Source: a virus (taxonomy: Duplodnaviria > Caudoviricetes). Taken from it: a DNA stretch of 48,743 nucleotides. Shown here one piece after another: positions 46,080 to 48,743 of the stretch (position 1 is its first letter; each line of letters starts with the position of its first letter). The stretch is taken from the IMG/VR virus record IMGVR_UViG_3300049187_000106, positions 1 to 48,743 of that record; one strand, 5' to 3'. A program made the translations under genes and the position numbers. The notes under the pieces are model-generated. The model did not search any database. It had not been told where the DNA came from and saw only the letters and a list, made by a program, of their open reading frames with translations.

Positions 46080-48083
46080 TTATTTTTTTGAAGCCGTAAT
46101 CCATAGAACAAAATCTGACCATGTATAGTCTTTTCTTTTAAAGAACTTCGCTAGTATGTGTACAATAATATCTTTTAGCACGAAGTTATAAACACGAACG
46201 TCCCAAAAGTGGTTTTGAGAAACGGATGTTTTCTTCTGCCACATACTTGCAAGGACATTGCCGTCTTTTAACTGAGCAATTCTGTGTTCGCTTTCATAGT
46301 GAGAGAAGAAATTTTTGTATAAATATTTTCCATCTGACGGCTCCGGATAGTTCATGAATCCGATCGGCTGAGTGTCGTCGGTTCCAGGATTCCATCTTAA
46401 CCGCATCTGTTCAGCGATATGATCCTTCACCTGGTTCACCTGTACCATGTGGAGTCCTGGTCTTGTACCAAGTTTGAAATTAGGAACGTCACGACCGAGC
46501 TTCACAAAGCTGTGTTCTTTTTCTCCCTTTAATCCTACCAAAAGTATTGGAGGATTTTTATCTATAAAGCGGTATGCGTAATCATCGTAATGACCGACGT
46601 CAATTCCCCCTATCGCTATACGCCTTCTTTTCCCTTTGTCTGTAGGATACCACGCGGTCATTATTTTTGTGAGTTCCGGCCAGACGCTATTAGGTCTATT
46701 ATGCTCGTAGGTCCAACGCTCTCTATCCTGTTTGTTTTTTAAAGTATTTTCCCTTGGAATAAAAGTACCAATGCTTCCATGGGTTACAGAGTAGCTGCTT
46801 TCGTTTTCTGACCAGGCTACAATTTCATAATCTAATCTTGCATCATCCACCACTCCGTTCAAATCGCAGGCAATTGTCAGCAAAACAATTCGACCGTTGC
46901 CGTCCCTGATAGAGAGTGCTTCCGGAATTACTCCATGTGGATATGACCTGGTATTATTCTGCAGATCACTTGCCTTCGGCGCTTCCGTCGCACCTTCGTA
47001 AGGCCATCCAAGGTTAAGGTTAACAAAGGTCTGGTGTTTTCCTTCGTTACGTGGTTGCATTGGAGGGTTTGCTTCCAGAAATTGGTACACATAATCCGTC
47101 CATCCTGTCATTCCGTGAGGAGAATACAGTGAACTCATGTGGTAGGAGAAGAACGATGGCTTATAAGGTTTGGCTGTTGGCTCCCAATAGCCTTTGTTTA
47201 CGTACTCCGATTTCCCTGAATCAGTAAATATATTGTAACATTCCTGGCATCTGTAGCCTACTGAATCAGGAATTAGCCGGTCCTCATCGTCCAATTCCCA
47301 GGTCATCCCACAGATATCACCATCACGATTCTTTATTGACCATCTCAGCTCAATGAATGTACCGCAGCAAGGACACGGTACCATAAACTTTCGCTGATCT
47401 CCTAACTTATATACTTCATAAATATTGGATCCTGTTTTGTTGGCAGGAGAAGAAATATAAAATATTTTTCTGGTGTTGGCGTATGCAGTGAAACGCTTCA
47501 TTATAAGCTCACGCAAACTTCCATCCTTGGTTATTCCCTTCAGTGCTTCGTAGTCATCCAGGAATCCATACTTATAATCTTCCTGCCTCCATATATCTGA
47601 ACTGGATGCATGGTCAAGTTTAAGATAACCGCCGAGGAATTCCTTCATCTTATCGGTATCCCCCGACTTTGTGTTACGGGATCTCTGAGCGGAAGACCGG
47701 ATGAGTGAACGTAGAGAAGAAGCATCGATCATCCCGTCGAGCTTTGACATTGCAGTCTGTAGAAGTTTCTCATGACCGACGGTCATGATTATATTTCCCG
47801 GAGCGTTCTTGATTAGATAGGCCAGACCAGGTAAAATAATGGATGCCGTTTTTCCGAACTGTGCTGATCCCATTACCGCGATGTCTCTGGCCGGATCTTC
47901 CGGAGAAAGCCGGTCAATAATTTCGCGGGTATACGGTGTCAGGTAATAACTAACCAGTCCAGGGAATGCACCTCCGAGCATAACCTTCTGTTCAGCGAAT
48001 TCGGATGGCCGGATTGTGGAGATCTGAACACGAGAATTATCTAAAATAGAACTAAGTGTGTGGCCGTAATCAAGCATGATCAC
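46080..48083 (-). CDS. terL: Terminase large subunit, lambda gpA family
   Basis: TPY.REI.D, SAQFGKT, LDDYE, SSP, GDQR.F.VPCPCCG, F.N..LG, NH.WD..VY. Confidence 0.95.
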   Translation of the reverse strand: MIMLDYGHTLSSILDNSRVQISTIRPSEFAEQKVMLGGAFPGLVSYYLTPYTREIIDRLSPEDPARDIAVMGSAQFGKTASIILPGLAYLIKNAPGNIIMTVGHEKLLQTAMSKLDGMIDASSLRSLIRSSAQRSRNTKSGDTDKMKEFLGGYLKLDHASSSDIWRQEDYKYGFLDDYEALKGITKDGSLRELIMKRFTAYANTRKIFYISSPANKTGSNIYEVYKLGDQRKFMVPCPCCGTFIELRWSIKNRDGDICGMTWELDDEDRLIPDSVGYRCQECYNIFTDSGKSEYVNKGYWEPTAKPYKPSFFSYHMSSLYSPHGMTGWTDYVYQFLEANPPMQPRNEGKHQTFVNLNLGWPYEGATEAPKASDLQNNTRSYPHGVIPEALSIRDGNGRIVLLTIACDLNGVVDDARLDYEIVAWSENESSYSVTHGSIGTFIPRENTLKNKQDRERWTYEHNRPNSVWPELTKIMTAWYPTDKGKRRRIAIGGIDVGHYDDYAYRFIDKNPPILLVGLKGEKEHSFVKLGRDVPNFKLGTRPGLHMVQVNQVKDHIAEQMRLRWNPGTDDTQPIGFMNYPEPSDGKYLYKNFFSHYESEHRIAQLKDGNVLASMWQKKTSVSQNHFWDVRVYNFVLKDIIVHILAKFFKRKDYTWSDFVLWITASKK

Positions 48084-48738
48084 CTACCCCTCTTACCGAA
48101 GAGAACTCCTCCACAATACTAATGATTGATCTTTTGGTGTTCTCGATCGCTTTGTCTAACCCTTCGTTCAAAAGTCTTTTCAGTTTCCCCCGGATATCAG
48201 CGGTCTGTGCATCGGTAAGTTTGAAGTCACCGGAGAACATAATCAGAACATGTTCGATTGTAGTTTCCTGTGTAGATAAAATGGATTGGTTGTGAACTTT
48301 AACCAGTTGAGTAACCAGGTCGATCGGTACCAGCTCACCGGCTTGCTTGGCATTATAGGTTTTTAATTTTTCAACCTCCTGCTCCCGCTTCTCTATCTCA
48401 ATTTCTAATTTCCGCTGTTCGAGGTCGTATTTTCCGGAGTGGTTACTGCGGGTTTGTTTGGATGGCGTAGCTTTATTACTCCTCTTGTCGGTTAACAGGG
48501 AGAAGTCCGGATCTTCCGGGACGATTTCTATAGGGGTAGGTGTTGTTTTTGGAGGAGGCTCTGCGGTCTTCTTCGCTTTTTTCTCCTGCATCTTCTTCAG
48601 AAAATCCTGATTCTGAAGGATAGTATCATCAATAAATTCCCCGGAAAGGATGATCTTACCCCTTCCTATATAGGTATTTATGTAATTTGTATTAACACCA
48701 CATGCATCAGCGAATTGAGCGCGTGTGTGTAAAGCCAT
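48070..48738 (-). CDS. terS: Terminase small subunit
   Basis: N-terminal wHTH, coiled coil, GELVP.D; overlaps the terL start. Confidence 0.8.
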   Translation of the reverse strand: MALHTRAQFADACGVNTNYINTYIGRGKIILSGEFIDDTILQNQDFLKKMQEKKAKKTAEPPPKTTPTPIEIVPEDPDFSLLTDKRSNKATPSKQTRSNHSGKYDLEQRKLEIEIEKREQEVEKLKTYNAKQAGELVPIDLVTQLVKVHNQSILSTQETTIEHVLIMFSGDFKLTDAQTADIRGKLKRLLNEGLDKAIENTKRSIISIVEEFSSVRGVGDHA

Positions 48739-48743
48739 ACTGT

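Noticed and set aside
1-48743. Stop-codon reassignment or alternative genetic code
   Set aside because: Genes are full length and densely packed under the standard code; the only breaks are at homopolymer tracts
1-48743. Impression that TCCGGA and GATC are over-represented (possible MTase targets)
   Set aside because: This cannot be established without k-mer counts against a Markov background

Overview
This window is most of a temperate tailed-phage genome, probably a Bacteroidota myovirus. The host call rests on a DUF4373-type initiator, a Bacteroidetes-type tyrosine recombinase, Q-rule signal peptides, lipoboxes and no obvious Shine-Dalgarno sites. From 1-15.2 kb (minus strand) it carries replication and accessory genes: dnaB, an initiator, DUF5131, two DNA methyltransferases, an HNH protein, a cold-shock protein, tRNA-Met(CAT), a vWA protein, an antirepressor and a pentapeptide-repeat protein. 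From 15.3-18.2 kb (plus strand) lie the repressor, recombinase and a small operon. From 18.2-48.7 kb (minus strand) come lysis genes, a 1189-aa beta-helix fibre, a lambda-like head, a Mu-like contractile tail and terminase. Three plus-strand inserts interrupt this late region: an RHH regulator, a lipoprotein and a six-gene glycosyl/methyltransferase operon. The best leads are: (1) the glycosylation operon shares a 19-bp palindromic operator with the head operon, suggesting virion glycosylation; (2) both adjacent MTases are out of frame at AATT-G(n)-TACG tracts and are restored by G9, suggesting a phase-variable methylome; (3) the fibre has a Sec signal peptide and many Bacteroidetes O-glycosylation sequons; (4) the initiator-like tRNA has a remodelled anticodon stem; (5) an attenuator-like chain of helices surrounds a tRNA-like putative att core; (6) two genes share a covarying leader hairpin. 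All family calls come from motif recognition by eye; no searches were run.
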